Source: an uncultured Solirubrobacterales bacterium
GTDB lineage: Bacteria > Actinomycetota > Thermoleophilia > Solirubrobacterales > Solirubrobacteraceae
Reading direction: 5' to 3'
Assembly: GCA_963839945.1 (NCBI GenBank)
Contig: CAWIWW010000004.1
Location: 976,218-1,040,217 of the forward strand
DNA: 64,000 nt
A program made the translations under genes and the position numbers. Each line of letters starts with the position of its first letter. Positions within the stretch are counted from its first letter, which is position 1. Under the pieces are notes generated by a model. That model worked only from the letters and a program-made list of their open reading frames with translations. It made no database searches and had not been told where the DNA came from. Shown here one piece after another: positions 1 to 8,704 of this stretch.

Positions 1-137
1 AGACCCCGGCGGGCGCCGAGGTCGACGGGGCGGACGCGGACGCCGGGGACGCAGCCGAGATCCCAGTCATCCCCGGCGATGGGGCGGACGGGGCGGACGG
101 GGCTGGCGGGGTCGACGGGGCCGACGCGGCCGCCTGA
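1..137 (+). CDS. 3' end of a CDS with a low-complexity Gly/Ala/Asp tail, probably translation initiation factor IF-3
   Basis: Open frame 3-134 (TPAGAEVDGADADAGD...GADAAA) ends at TGA 135-137. Identity is inferred only from the position upstream of rpmI-rplT. Confidence 0.45.
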   Translation, partial: TPAGAEVDGADADAGDAAEIPVIPGDGADGADGAGGVDGADAAA

Positions 138-201
138 GAGACGCTGGGTTTGCGCGCCGGCGCCGTGGCGCGGGCATGTCATACTGTTGCGCTCGATCGA
201 C

Positions 202-402
202 ATGCCCAAGATGAAGACACACTCCGGCGCCAAGAAGCGCTTCAAGGTCACCGCCACCGGCAAGGTGCGGGGCAGGCACGCGTTTACGAGCCACATCCTC
301 GAGAAGAAGTCGCCCAAGCACAAGCGCGCGCTGGGACGCCCGGCGGTCATCTCCGACCACGACACACCGCGCGTGAAGAAGCTCCTGGGGGTGGGCAGAT
401 GA
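202..402 (+). CDS. rpmI: 50S ribosomal protein L35
   Basis: MPKMKTHSGAKKRFKVTATGK...HILEKKS signature; ATGA overlap with rplT. Confidence 0.97.
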   Translation: MPKMKTHSGAKKRFKVTATGKVRGRHAFTSHILEKKSPKHKRALGRPAVISDHDTPRVKKLLGVGR

Positions 403-758
403 CCAGGGTGAAGCGGTCGTTGCACGCGCGCAAGAAGCGCCGCGCGACGCTCGAACAGACGAAGGGGTTCCGCGGGCAGGCGCACTCGAACTACAAGCGC
501 GCCAAGGAGGCGTTGATGAAGGCGGACGCCTACGCCTACCGCGACAGGCGCAACCGCAAGCGCGACTTCCGCAGGCTGTGGATCACGCGCATCAACGCCG
601 CCGCGCGCCAGAACGGGATGAGCTACTCGCAGTTCATGCACGGGCTCTCGCTGGCCGGGATCGAGCTGGACCGCAAGGTGCTGGCCGACATCGCCGTGCG
701 CGACTCAGACACGTTCCGACGTTTTGCGCAGACCGCCCGCGAGGCGTCGGCTGCCTGA
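399..758 (+). CDS. rplT: 50S ribosomal protein L20
   Basis: MTRVKR...KGFRG...AYRDRRNRKRDFRRLWITRINAAAR...LDRKVLADIA. Confidence 0.98.
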   Translation: MTRVKRSLHARKKRRATLEQTKGFRGQAHSNYKRAKEALMKADAYAYRDRRNRKRDFRRLWITRINAAARQNGMSYSQFMHGLSLAGIELDRKVLADIAVRDSDTFRRFAQTAREASAA

Positions 759-790
759 TCACCGGCACAACCGACAGACAGGCCTCCCGG

Positions 791-822
791 GCGCCGCTCC
801 TGCAAAGGACGGCGCTTTTTTT
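791..822 (+). terminator. Rho-independent terminator
   Basis: GCGCCG(c)TCCT-GCAA-AGGACGGCGC hairpin followed by T7. Confidence 0.85.
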
Positions 823-900
823 GTATCGCATACGTACCGGAGAGGGAAGATCACGAAAGGGACAGAGGCAGGCCGCGCAAGAGAGCGAGATTTGACCCAT

Positions 901-1686
901 ATGACGAGCACAATCACATCTGCACACAACGACCGGCTGAAGCAGCTGCGCCGCCTGCGCAGCAGGCGCGGGCGCGAGTCGGCGGGCAGGTTCAGCGCCG
1001 AGGGCGAGGATCTGATCGCCGCCGCCGAACAGGCTGGGCGCCCGGCGCTGGAGGGCTATCGTCTGGCCGGCTCAGGCCTGGGCAACGACGATTTTCACGA
1101 TGTCGAGCGCTCCGCGCTCGCGAGCGTGTCGACGCTCGGTTCGGGCACGCGCGCGATCGGGGTGTACGAGCAGCGCTGGCTGCATGCGCCGGCGGGTCCG
1201 CTGTGCGTGTACCTGCACCGCGTCGGCGACCCCGGCAACGTCGGCACCGTGCTGCGCTCCGCGCAGGCGTTCGGCGCCTCGTGTGTCGCGCTTGGGCCCG
1301 ATTGCGCCGACCCCCACGGGCCGAAGGCGGTGCGGGCCAGCATGGGGGCGATCTTCGCGGTCGGGCTGGCGCGCGTGAACGACGTGGCCGAGCTGCCGGG
1401 TGAACGGGTTGCGCTGGTGGCGGACGCGGCGGAGCCGCTGCGCGGACCGCTCGACGAGGAGGCCTGCACGGGCGGGCCCAGCGCGCGGGCGGGTACGGAC
1501 GCGGTCACGCTGCTCATCGGCGCCGAGCGCGACGGGCTGCCGGGCGAGGTCGTGGCCGCATGCGAGCGGGCCGTGCGCATCCCGATCGCCACGGACTCGC
1601 TGAACGCCGCGATGGCCGCGAGCGTGGCGCTGTACGAGATGACCCGCCGTAGTGGGCGGGACAACGATACGGTCCCGGCGTCATGA
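901..1686 (+). CDS. TrmH/SpoU family RNA methyltransferase
   Basis: DPGNVGTVLRSA, KAVRASMGA, IGAERDGL and SLNAAMA SPOUT motifs; conserved position before pheS. Confidence 0.92.
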   Translation: MTSTITSAHNDRLKQLRRLRSRRGRESAGRFSAEGEDLIAAAEQAGRPALEGYRLAGSGLGNDDFHDVERSALASVSTLGSGTRAIGVYEQRWLHAPAGPLCVYLHRVGDPGNVGTVLRSAQAFGASCVALGPDCADPHGPKAVRASMGAIFAVGLARVNDVAELPGERVALVADAAEPLRGPLDEEACTGGPSARAGTDAVTLLIGAERDGLPGEVVAACERAVRIPIATDSLNAAMAASVALYEMTRRSGRDNDTVPAS

Positions 1687-2750
1687 TCGATCGCATCCAC
1701 GCGCTGCAGAACGAGGCCGAGAGCGCGATCGCGGCCGCCGCCTCGAGCGAGCAGCTGGAGGAGCTGCGCGTACGCTACCTCGGGCGCAGGGCCGAGCTGC
1801 CGCAGATGCTGCGGGCGCTCGCCGCGCTCGAGCCCGAGCAGCGCGGCGCCGTGGGCAAGGCCGCCAACCAGGCGCGCCAGGCGCTCGAGGCGCTGATTCA
1901 GACGCGCACCGACGAGCTGGCGATCGGAGAGCTGGAGCAGCAATTGCGGGCCGACCGGGTCGACGTCACTCTGCCCGGCGCGCCGCCGCAGCCGATCGGG
2001 CGCCTGCACGTGCTGACCGCCACGCGCAGAGAGCTCGAAGACATCTTCATCGGCCTCGGCTTCACCGTCATGGAGGGGCCCGAGGTCGAGAGCGTTCACT
2101 ACAACTTCGACGCGCTCAACCACAGCCCTACGCATCCCGCGCGTGCGCGGACGGATACGTTCTATCTCGCCGAGGACGTTGTGTTAAGGACGCACACCTC
2201 GCCGATGCAGATCCGGGCGATGGAGGCGCACCCGCCGCCGCTGTACGTGGTGATTCCCGGCCGCGTCTACAGGCCCGACTCTGATGCCACGCACACGCCG
2301 CAGTTCCACCAGATCGAGGGCTTGGCGGTCGACGAGGACATCACGCTGGCCGACCTGAAGGGCACGCTGCTGGAGTTCGCGCGGGCGGTGTTCGGGGACG
2401 CGCGCGAGGTCCGGCTGCGCCCGCATTTCTTCCCGTTCACCGAGCCCAGCGTCGAGGTCGACGTCTCCTGCTTTCACTGCGACGGCAAGGGCTTCGTGAA
2501 GGACGGCTCGCGCTGTTACCTGTGCAAGGGCGAGGGCTGGCTGGAGATCCTCGGCGCCGGCGAGGTCGACCCGAACGTGTACGCCCATGTCCCGACCAAC
2601 GAGCGCAACGCCCCCGGCTATGACCCCGAGCAGGTCCAGGGGTTCGCGTGGGGGCTTGGAATCGAGCGGATCGCGATGCTCAAGCACGGCATCCCGGACC
2701 TGCGTTTGTATTTCGAAAATGATCTGCGTTTCCTGGAGCAGTTCGGCTGA
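1683..2750 (+). CDS. pheS: Phenylalanine-tRNA ligase alpha subunit
   Basis: NFDALN..HPAR..DTFY, LRTHTSP, HTPQFHQIEG, FPFTEPS, GFAWGLGIERI. Confidence 0.98.
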   Translation: MIDRIHALQNEAESAIAAAASSEQLEELRVRYLGRRAELPQMLRALAALEPEQRGAVGKAANQARQALEALIQTRTDELAIGELEQQLRADRVDVTLPGAPPQPIGRLHVLTATRRELEDIFIGLGFTVMEGPEVESVHYNFDALNHSPTHPARARTDTFYLAEDVVLRTHTSPMQIRAMEAHPPPLYVVIPGRVYRPDSDATHTPQFHQIEGLAVDEDITLADLKGTLLEFARAVFGDAREVRLRPHFFPFTEPSVEVDVSCFHCDGKGFVKDGSRCYLCKGEGWLEILGAGEVDPNVYAHVPTNERNAPGYDPEQVQGFAWGLGIERIAMLKHGIPDLRLYFENDLRFLEQFG

Positions 2751-2781
2751 TGAGTCGTGCAGGATTCTCGAGGGTCTGCTG

Positions 2782-5286
2782 ATGCGCGTCCCACTGACCT
2801 GGCTGCGCGAATACTGCGACCCCGACCTCGACACGAAGGGGGTCGAGGAGCGATTGACGATGACGGGGACGAAGGTCGAGGCAATCCACCACCACGGCGT
2901 GCCTGCGCCCGACGGCTTCGTCGTCGGGCGGGTGCTCAGCGCCGAGCAGCATCCCGACGCCGACCGGCTGAAGGTGTGCACGGTCGACCTCGGCGCCGAG
3001 GACGAGCAGCCGGCGAGCATCGTATGTGGCGCGCCGAACGTGGCGGCCGGCCAGACCGTGGCGGTCGCGCGCCCCGGCGCGGTCATGCCCGACGGGACGA
3101 AGCTCAAGCAGGCGAAGCTGCGCGGCGTGCTATCCGAAGGGATGATCCTGTCCGAGCCAGAGCTCGAGATAGGCTCTGACGCTCAGGGAATCCTCGTGCT
3201 GGACGGGCAGATGCTCGACGCTACCGATCGGAGATCGAATGAGATCTCCGATCGGCCAACGGCGGGGACGGCGCTTGCGGATGTGCTGCCGATCTCGACG
3301 GACGTGCTCGAGCTCGAGATCACGCCCAACCGGCCGGACTGCCTGGGGGTATATGGGGTCGCGCGCGAGCTGCACGCCGCGACCGGGGTGCAGCTTGCGC
3401 ACCAACCGTGGAGCGAGGACCCCGGCTCGAGCGGTCCGGTCGCGGGGGCGCAGGTGGCGGTCGAGTGTCCCGAGCTGTGCCAGCGATTCACAGCGCGCGT
3501 GTTCGATGACGTCGCGATCGCGCCCTCTCCGCCGTGGCTGAAGGCGAGGCTGACCGCCGCGGGGCAGCGAACGATCAACAACGTCGTCGACATCACCAAC
3601 TACGCGATGCTGCTCACCGGTCAGCCGCTGCACGCGTTTGACCTCGACCGCGTCGCCGGGGCGCGGCTGACGGTCCGCCGGGCGCGCGGCGGCGAGCAGG
3701 TGCAGACGCTCGACGGCCAGACGCGCACGCTCGATCGGGAGATGGTCGTCATCGCCGACGCCGACGGCCCCACTTCGATCGCCGGTCTGATGGGCGGGAC
3801 GCGTTCGGAGGTACAGCCGGACACGACGCGGGTGCTGCTGGAGGTCGCCACGTGGAGCGGCCCGAACATCCATCGCAGCTCGTGGGCGCTTGGCCTGCGC
3901 AGCGAGGCGTCGGGGCGCTTCGAGAAGGGTCTGCAGCCGGAGCAGTGCATGCACGCCCAGGCGATCGCAACGCGCCTGCTGCTCGAGCTGTGCGGAGCGC
4001 GCGTCGCCGCTGGCACGATCGACGTCGGCGCCGAGTGGGCGAGATCTCAAGCGCAGCGGATCCGGCTGCGCGAGGCGCGCGTGGAGGCGATCCTCGGGGT
4101 GTCGGTCGCGCGCGCGCGTCAGGTTGAGATCCTGGGCGCTCTGGACTTCGCGACTGAGCTGCGCGAGGATGGCCTCGATGTGAGCGTGCCGGCACTGCGG
4201 CGCGACGACGTCACACGCGAGATCGATCTGATCGAGGAGGTCGCACGGATCGACGGCTTGGAGCGGCTGCCGGCGACCCTGCCCGCGCGTCGCGGCGCGG
4301 CCGGACGGTTGACGCACGCCCAACGCGTTCGCCGCGCCGCCGAGGATGCCATGGTCGGCCGCGGCCTGCACGAGATCGTCGGCTGGAGCTTCACCGACCC
4401 GGAGCTGCTCGACCGGCTGCTGCTGCCGGCAGAGCACGGGCTGCGGCGCGTGATCACGCTCGAGAACCCGCTGTCGGATGGGCAGTCGATCATGCGCCCC
4501 ACGCTGCTCGGCTCGCTGCTGGACGCCGCGCGGCACAACGTCGCACGCAACGGCCCCGACGTGGCGATCTTCGAGTCGGGCACCGTGTACCGCGCCAGCG
4601 AGGATGAGCGCCCGGCTGATGAGCACCATGGCCTGGGCGTTCTGCTCAGCGGTGGCCTGGCGCCGCGATCCTGGCGCGGCGAGCGCATCGAGGCGGATTT
4701 CTTCGCCGCCAAGGCGCTGCTGGGCGCGCTGCTCGAGCGTTTCTGCGTCCAGTGGTCGGTCCAGGATGGCGCCTGGCCGTTCCTGCACCCGGGCCGCCGC
4801 GCCGCGGTGATGGCCGCCCCGGGCCACAGCTCGGCGCTCGCGGGCGCCGACGGCGGCGGGGAGGGCGTGCGGCTGGGCTTCCTCGGTGAGCTGCATCCGC
4901 TGGTAGCCGCTGCGTGGGACCTGCCGCGCACGGCGGCCTTCGCGGTCGACCTCGGCATGCTGGCCGCCCTCGCCCCGCCGGTGGTGGAGTTCACGGCGTT
5001 CGGGCCGTTCCCGCCGCTGCGCCAGGATATCGCCATCGTTCTGGGAGAGGACGTGCCCGCCGCGCGGGTGCTGAACGCCACGCGCGGGGCGGGCGGGGAG
5101 CTGCTGCGCGACGTGCGCATATTCGACGTCTACACCGGCTCACAGGTGGGGGAGGGCCGGCGCTCGCTGGCGCTGGCGCTGTCGTTCCGGGCCGCCGACC
5201 GGACGCTCTCAGACGAGGACGTCGCGCCCGCACGCGAGCGGATCCTCGCGGCGCTCACCGCGCTGGGGGGTGAGCTGCGTGGCTGA
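2782..5286 (+). CDS. pheT: Phenylalanine-tRNA ligase beta subunit
   Basis: MRVPLTWL, HPDADRLKVC, IVCGAPNV, ITPNRPDCLG, NNVVDITNY, DLIEEVARI. Confidence 0.98.
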   Translation: MRVPLTWLREYCDPDLDTKGVEERLTMTGTKVEAIHHHGVPAPDGFVVGRVLSAEQHPDADRLKVCTVDLGAEDEQPASIVCGAPNVAAGQTVAVARPGAVMPDGTKLKQAKLRGVLSEGMILSEPELEIGSDAQGILVLDGQMLDATDRRSNEISDRPTAGTALADVLPISTDVLELEITPNRPDCLGVYGVARELHAATGVQLAHQPWSEDPGSSGPVAGAQVAVECPELCQRFTARVFDDVAIAPSPPWLKARLTAAGQRTINNVVDITNYAMLLTGQPLHAFDLDRVAGARLTVRRARGGEQVQTLDGQTRTLDREMVVIADADGPTSIAGLMGGTRSEVQPDTTRVLLEVATWSGPNIHRSSWALGLRSEASGRFEKGLQPEQCMHAQAIATRLLLELCGARVAAGTIDVGAEWARSQAQRIRLREARVEAILGVSVARARQVEILGALDFATELREDGLDVSVPALRRDDVTREIDLIEEVARIDGLERLPATLPARRGAAGRLTHAQRVRRAAEDAMVGRGLHEIVGWSFTDPELLDRLLLPAEHGLRRVITLENPLSDGQSIMRPTLLGSLLDAARHNVARNGPDVAIFESGTVYRASEDERPADEHHGLGVLLSGGLAPRSWRGERIEADFFAAKALLGALLERFCVQWSVQDGAWPFLHPGRRAAVMAAPGHSSALAGADGGGEGVRLGFLGELHPLVAAAWDLPRTAAFAVDLGMLAALAPPVVEFTAFGPFPPLRQDIAIVLGEDVPAARVLNATRGAGGELLRDVRIFDVYTGSQVGEGRRSLALALSFRAADRTLSDEDVAPARERILAALTALGGELRG
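3221..3258 (+). repeat. Palindromic repeat family B, copy 1 (in frame within pheT)
   Basis: CCGATCGGAGATC-gaatga-GATCTCCGATCGG, a perfect 13-bp stem; related copies at 22439, 39648 and 51927. Confidence 0.8.
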
Positions 5287-6433
5287 CTCGAACCCGCCGC
5301 AGACGTTCGCCCAGGGCTCCCCGCGCGTGCTCGTCGCCGGCGCGACCGGGTTCGCCGGGGCGCTGGCCGCGCACCTGCTGTGGCGCCACCCGCGGTTGGA
5401 GCTGACCGGAGTGACCGGGCGCTCGGAGGTGGGCCGGCGGCTGGACGAGCTGTATCCGCGCCACCGGGTGCCGCTCCAGGTCGCCGAGCTGGACCTCGAC
5501 GGGCTCGCGCTCGAACGGGAGACCGGCGGGCGTCTGGATGCGGCCGTCGTGGCCTACCCGCACGCGGCCGCCGCGCCCACCGTGGGCGCGCTGCGCGAGC
5601 TCGGCGTGCGCGTGGTTGATCTCAGCGCGGATTTCCGGCTGTCCTCACAGGCCACGTACGAGCAGTGGTACGGCGCCCACCCGCGCCCCGACCTGCTGGA
5701 TCAAGCGGTGTACGGGCTGAGCGAGCTGCACCGCGCTCAGATCGCCGGCGCGGGCATCGTCGCCAACCCCGGCTGCTACCCGACCGCGGCCGTGCTCGCC
5801 CTCGCGCCGCTGGCCCGCGCGGGCCTGATCGCCGACGTCGTGATCGACGCCAAGCAGGGCATCTCCGGCGCCGGGCGCACGTTCGACGAGACGACCCACC
5901 TGTCGATGGCGGGCGAGAACATCCTGCCCTACAACGTCGCCTCTCACCGGCACACTCCGGAGATCGAGGAGCAGCTGAACGGGTTGATCGATCTGAGTTC
6001 GCAGGGCAAGCTGGGCAAGGACGCAGGGAGCGTGGTGTGCTCTGCACACGAGCGACCGAGGACGCCGATCCAGCGCCGCCATGCGGGCTCAGCCCTGGTT
6101 GTTCAATTTCAGGCTCATCTCGTGCCGCTCGACCAGGGCGAGCTGGCCAGCTGCTACGTGACACCGACCCGCACCGTCGCGCCCGGCGAGCTGAGCGAGC
6201 TGTATGCGGACGCATACGCTGGCGAGCCGTTCGTGGAGGTCGTCAGCGAGCCGCCCGGCACCAGGGACGTGCTCGAGACCAACTTCTGCCGCATCTTCGC
6301 CGCCGCCGACGGACACACCGGCAAGGTGGTGGTGCTCTCGGCCATCGACAATCTGTGGAAGGGCACCTCCTCGCAGGCGATCCAGAACCTGAACATCATG
6401 TTCGGGCTCGCTGAGACTGAAGGTCTGACGTGA
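5279..6433 (+). CDS. argC: N-acetyl-gamma-glutamyl-phosphate reductase with a ~33-aa insertion
   Basis: GATGFAG, VVDLSADFRL, VANPGCYPT, GISGAG, HRHTPEI, AIDNLWKG. Confidence 0.95.
   Translation: MADSNPPQTFAQGSPRVLVAGATGFAGALAAHLLWRHPRLELTGVTGRSEVGRRLDELYPRHRVPLQVAELDLDGLALERETGGRLDAAVVAYPHAAAAPTVGALRELGVRVVDLSADFRLSSQATYEQWYGAHPRPDLLDQAVYGLSELHRAQIAGAGIVANPGCYPTAAVLALAPLARAGLIADVVIDAKQGISGAGRTFDETTHLSMAGENILPYNVASHRHTPEIEEQLNGLIDLSSQGKLGKDAGSVVCSAHERPRTPIQRRHAGSALVVQFQAHLVPLDQGELASCYVTPTRTVAPGELSELYADAYAGEPFVEVVSEPPGTRDVLETNFCRIFAAADGHTGKVVVLSAIDNLWKGTSSQAIQNLNIMFGLAETEGLT
5993..6092 (+). repeat. Structured repeat family A, copy 1 (in frame within argC)
   Basis: CTGAG...CTCAG termini; shares AAGGACGCAGGGAGCGTGG and CGAGCGACCGAGGACGC with the reverse complement of 19571-19676. 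Confidence 0.85.
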
Positions 6434-7734
6434 GCGCCGGCAACGACGTGTGGGGAGACCGGACTTCCGCCGGTCCGCCGCAGCCGTTCTTTCGCTCGCG
6501 CTGGGTGCCCGTGCCGGGACATGTGCGCGACCTCGGGCCCGACGCCGGCCTGCCCGCCGGCTTTCGCGCGGCCGGCGTCGCCTGCGGGATCAAGCCGAGC
6601 GGCAACGCCGACCTGGGGCTGCTCGTCTGCGACTCCGAGCATCCGGCGAGCGCGGCTCGTTTCACTTCGAGCGGCACCCCGGCGGCGCCGGTGCTGCTCA
6701 GCTCCGAGCGCTGCCGGCTCGACGGCCTGCGCGCGATCCTCGCCAACTCGGGCTGCGCGAACGCGGCCACCGGAAGGCGCGGGCTCGATGACGCCGCCAA
6801 GACCCAGGGAGCCGCCGCGCTCGCCGCCGGAGTGCAGCCCGACCAGGTGATTCTCGGCTCGACCGGCGGCATCAGTCAGTACCTGCCGGTCGAGAACATG
6901 CTGCGCGGAATCCTCGACGCCCAACGCCAGCTGCGCCGCGAGGGCGACATCGACTTCCAGCAGGCGATCCAGACGACCGACGCGTTGCAGAAGCGCGCCA
7001 ACCTCGAGGTGGAGCTGTCCACCGGCACGGTGCGCGTCTGCGCGCAGTGCAAGGGCGCGGGAATGATCTCCCCGCGCTTCGCCACCATGTTCTGCTTCGT
7101 GCAGACGGATGCAATCCTGCAGGCGCACACCGCAGATCTGCTGCTCGGTGTCACCGTCAAGCGCTCGTTCGACCGCGCCTCGGTGGACGGCCAGCTTTCC
7201 ACCAACGACATCGCCGTGCTGATGGCCTCGGGCGAGAGCGGCGTCGAGGTCGCTCCCGAGAGCGAGGACGAGCTGCGCTTCGGCGAGGCGCTCGACGCGC
7301 TCCTGCGGGCGCTCGCGATCATGATGGTCTCAGACGGTGAGGGCGCGCGGCGAATCGCACGCGTCGTCGTGCGCGGCGGGCACGCCGAGGGGGTGGAGGC
7401 GGTCGCGCGCGCGGTCGCGAACTCTCCCCTGGTGAAAACCGCGCTGCACGGCGCCGATCCAAACTGGGGGCGGCTGATCCAGGCCGTCGGCGCGGCCTGG
7501 GGTGGGCGGGATCGATTCACTCCGCCGCTGGCGGTGGACCTGTCGATCGAGGGCACGCTCGTGTGCTCGGCGGGCGTCGCGATCGGCTATGACGAGCCCG
7601 CCCTTGCCCAGGCCGTGCAGGCGGATGAGATCGAGTACGAGATCACGCTGCCCGGCGAGGGTTCTGAGAGCGAGGTCTTCTTCTCGGACCTCTCCCACGA
7701 GTATGTCCGCATCAACGCGGAGTACACGACATGA
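6430..7734 (+). CDS. argJ: Bifunctional ornithine acetyltransferase
   Basis: NSGCANAATG, KGAGMISPRFATMF, VDGQLSTND, SDGEGA, SPLVKTALHGADPNWGR, YVRINAEYTT. Confidence 0.97.
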   Translation: MSAGNDVWGDRTSAGPPQPFFRSRWVPVPGHVRDLGPDAGLPAGFRAAGVACGIKPSGNADLGLLVCDSEHPASAARFTSSGTPAAPVLLSSERCRLDGLRAILANSGCANAATGRRGLDDAAKTQGAAALAAGVQPDQVILGSTGGISQYLPVENMLRGILDAQRQLRREGDIDFQQAIQTTDALQKRANLEVELSTGTVRVCAQCKGAGMISPRFATMFCFVQTDAILQAHTADLLLGVTVKRSFDRASVDGQLSTNDIAVLMASGESGVEVAPESEDELRFGEALDALLRALAIMMVSDGEGARRIARVVVRGGHAEGVEAVARAVANSPLVKTALHGADPNWGRLIQAVGAAWGGRDRFTPPLAVDLSIEGTLVCSAGVAIGYDEPALAQAVQADEIEYEITLPGEGSESEVFFSDLSHEYVRINAEYTT

Positions 7735-7859
7735 GCGCTCCGCCCACACAGCCGACGCCTCTACTCAGCCAGTCCGGCGCGAGACCGGTGACGGCAACCC
7801 CGATGCAAGAGCTGAGCGTGGCAGTCACCCACCCATTCAACCCGAGGACTTCTCAATGA
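7731..7859 (+). CDS. 42-aa ORF bridging argJ and argB (translation unproven)
   Basis: Its ATG overlaps the argJ TGA and its TGA overlaps the argB ATG: MSAPPTQPTPLLSQSGARPVTATPMQELSVAVTHPFNPRTSQ. Confidence 0.4.
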   Translation: MSAPPTQPTPLLSQSGARPVTATPMQELSVAVTHPFNPRTSQ

Positions 7860-8704
7860 GAGACATCGGAACACTGCTCGAGGCCCTTCCCTACATCAGG
7901 GAGTTCCACGGCAAGACGATCGTGATCAAGTACGGCGGCGCGGCAATGGAGGACGCGACCCTGCGCGAGGAGTTCGCGCGCGACGTGGTGCTGCTGAAGT
8001 ACGTCGGCGCCAAGCCGATCGTCGTGCACGGCGGCGGCCCGGACATCACCGCCTACATGGAGCGGCTCGGCCTGCCCGTCGAGTTCGTCGGCGGCCTGCG
8101 CGTGTCCGACGAGGACACGGTCGAGGTTGCCAAGATGGTGCTCGTCGGCAAGGTCAACACCGAGATCGTCCTGCGCGTCAACCGCCACGGCCAGCCCGCC
8201 ATCGGCTTGTGCGGCGACGACGGATCGCTGTTTCGCGTCGCTCGCCGCACCGCTCCCGGGGGGCGGGACATCGGCTTCGTTGGTTCCATCGAGCGCGTCG
8301 ACGTGGACGTGCTCAACCACGTCGCCTCCGACTACATCCCCGTGATCGCCTCCGTCGGCGCCGACCGCGACGGGCGCTCCTACAACGTCAACGCCGACGA
8401 GGCGGCCGGCGCGGTCGCGGGGGCGCTCGGTGCATATAAGGTCATCTTCCTGACCGACGTTCCCGGCTGGCTGGCCGACCCGGCCGACCCCGGCTCGCTG
8501 ATCGGGCAGGCCAGCACCGAGCAGATACGTGCCGCGCTGGACGGGCTGGACGGTGGCATGCGCCCGAAGCTGCAGGCATGCGTCGACGCGATCGGGGCGG
8601 GCGTGTCCGCGGCGCACATCCTCGACGGGCGTCTTGCGCACTCTCTTTTGCTGGAGCTGTTCACAGACGAAGGGATCGGCACGAAGATCGAGGCCACCAC
8701 GTGA
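7856..8704 (+). CDS. argB: Acetylglutamate kinase
   Basis: LLEALPYI, VIKYGGAAM, VVHGGGP, YNVNAD, GGMRPK, LLLELFTDEGIGT. Confidence 0.97.
   Translation: MRDIGTLLEALPYIREFHGKTIVIKYGGAAMEDATLREEFARDVVLLKYVGAKPIVVHGGGPDITAYMERLGLPVEFVGGLRVSDEDTVEVAKMVLVGKVNTEIVLRVNRHGQPAIGLCGDDGSLFRVARRTAPGGRDIGFVGSIERVDVDVLNHVASDYIPVIASVGADRDGRSYNVNADEAAGAVAGALGAYKVIFLTDVPGWLADPADPGSLIGQASTEQIRAALDGLDGGMRPKLQACVDAIGAGVSAAHILDGRLAHSLLLELFTDEGIGTKIEATT

Noticed and set aside
823-900. T-box or attenuator upstream of trmH-pheS or ilvB
   Set aside because: No T-box consensus or leader peptide seen; ilvB appears leaderless.
2465-2540. CxxCxGxG…CxxCxGxG segment in PheS
   Set aside because: A zinc-binding insert at this position is known in PheS from several phyla; not novel.
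3130-4896. Long antisense and alternate-frame ORFs (also 12835-14574, 40055-42244, 44272-46101, 50315-51970)
   Set aside because: Shadows of real genes caused by high third-position GC; no motifs.
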